64,000 nucleotides of DNA, from assembly GCA_035221665.1 (NCBI GenBank), contig CM069137.1:76694001-76758000 (forward strand). Reading direction: 5' to 3'. The stretch comes from Okamejei kenojei. Its lineage: Eukaryota. Both the position numbers and the translations under genes were made by a program. Positions within the stretch are counted from its first letter, which is position 1. Each line of letters opens with the position of its first letter. A model generated the notes under the pieces. The model did no database searches, had not been told where the DNA came from, and saw only the letters and a program-made list of their open reading frames with translations. Below are positions 63,101 through 64,000 of the stretch, one piece after another.

Positions 63101-64000
63101 TATCTTGAAGCCTCCATCAAATTCTGGTTTTGTCCATATGAGTGTAATTGAATGCCTTGTAATATTTATTGGAACCGGCTTACCAGGAGGATCAATAGGG
63201 TCTAATGCATAAACTGGTTCTGATGCTTTACTTGGTTTACCTTTGCCAGCCATGTTTTCTGCTACAACACGGAATTCATATGCAATGCCATCAGTCAGCC
63301 CAGATGATTTAAATGTGGTAACTACAACCAGAGCCTTGCTTATAGTTTGCCAAAGAATACTGTTTCTTTCCTTTCTTTCAATGTGGTATCCTAAAATGCG
63401 ACTTCCTCCATCAGTAACTGGATCATTCCAGGTGATTGTCATTGAATCCTTATTAACAGCAATAACTTGTGGAGTTCCAGGAGGTCCTGGCACTTTAAAT
63501 GGATATGTTGCAACAACTGCCTCTGAGGCAATTGCAGGACCAGTACCATATCTATTTTGAGCCTTAATTCGGAACTGATACTCAGTTCCAGTAGTAAGGT
63601 GAGCAGCTTTAAATGTTGTACGTATCACAGTAGCCGCTTTCTCTATCCATGTTGTGCTGTTGGTTTCACGTATTTCAACAATGTAGTTGTTGATTGGCAC
63701 ACCACCATCACTTTCAGGAGGCTCCCAGGACATCAAAATATAATCAGATGAAATTTCGTCAAATTTAATTGGTCCTTTGGGTGGGCCGGGTATGTCATGA
63801 ACCTGAACAGTGATGACATCACTCACTTCACCTAGTACATTCACAGCTGTCAATGTAAATTTGCCACGATCACTTCGCACGCATTCATTAATGTTAAGAA
63901 TGGTTGAATTTGCTGTATTTTCAACATTCACTCTCTGTGTTTGCTTCAAAGCCTGGCCATCCTTTTTCCATGTGACTGTTGGATGTGGACGACCAAGGAC
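48151..64000 (-). CDS. ttn: titin giant A-band exon (human exon 326 equivalent), 5' end outside the window
   Basis: Uninterrupted ORF of >5280 codons of Ig/FN3 super-repeats; donor ...AAAATAACAG|GTAATT at 48151/48150. Confidence 0.98.

Larger units (their letters stand above)
15375..64000 (-). other. ttn: titin gene, 3' portion (A-band to M-band C-terminus and 3'UTR); continues beyond the window
   Basis: Ig/FN3 super-repeats, kinase domain and M10 ending ...GSDSATVNIKIRSI*; 36 exons join in consistent phase at GT/AG sites. Confidence 0.99.

Noticed and set aside
48242-63751. Many plus-strand ORFs (up to 237 aa) opposite the giant exon
   Set aside because: Antisense shadows of the repetitive titin reading frame; they recur with the super-repeat period and show no independent protein signature.

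Overview
Vertebrate genomic DNA, probably a cartilaginous fish such as a skate or ray (inferred from the CR1/HER1-type LINE tails and Penelope termini). 16514-64000 (minus strand) holds the 3' part of titin (ttn): the giant A-band exon (open at the window edge) plus 35 further coding exons resolved at GT/AG boundaries, running through the kinase and M-band to the stop at 16514, with a 3'UTR to about 15375. The A-band exons match human TTN exons 326-357 one to one (human sizes recalled, not re-aligned). The M-band differs: Ig domain M7 and the Mex2 exon are missing and Mex1 is fused in frame to Mex3. The kinase has Ala at the position of autoinhibitory Tyr170. Positions 1-15300 are mostly transposon debris: CR1 LINEs, a Rex1/Babar fragment, Penelope remnants with hammerhead-like cores, and a 5 kb DIRS1-type retrotransposon (9345-14356) with near-perfect termini and ICR but fully decayed genes, nested inside other elements. 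No prokaryotic features, CRISPR arrays, tRNA or rRNA genes were seen.
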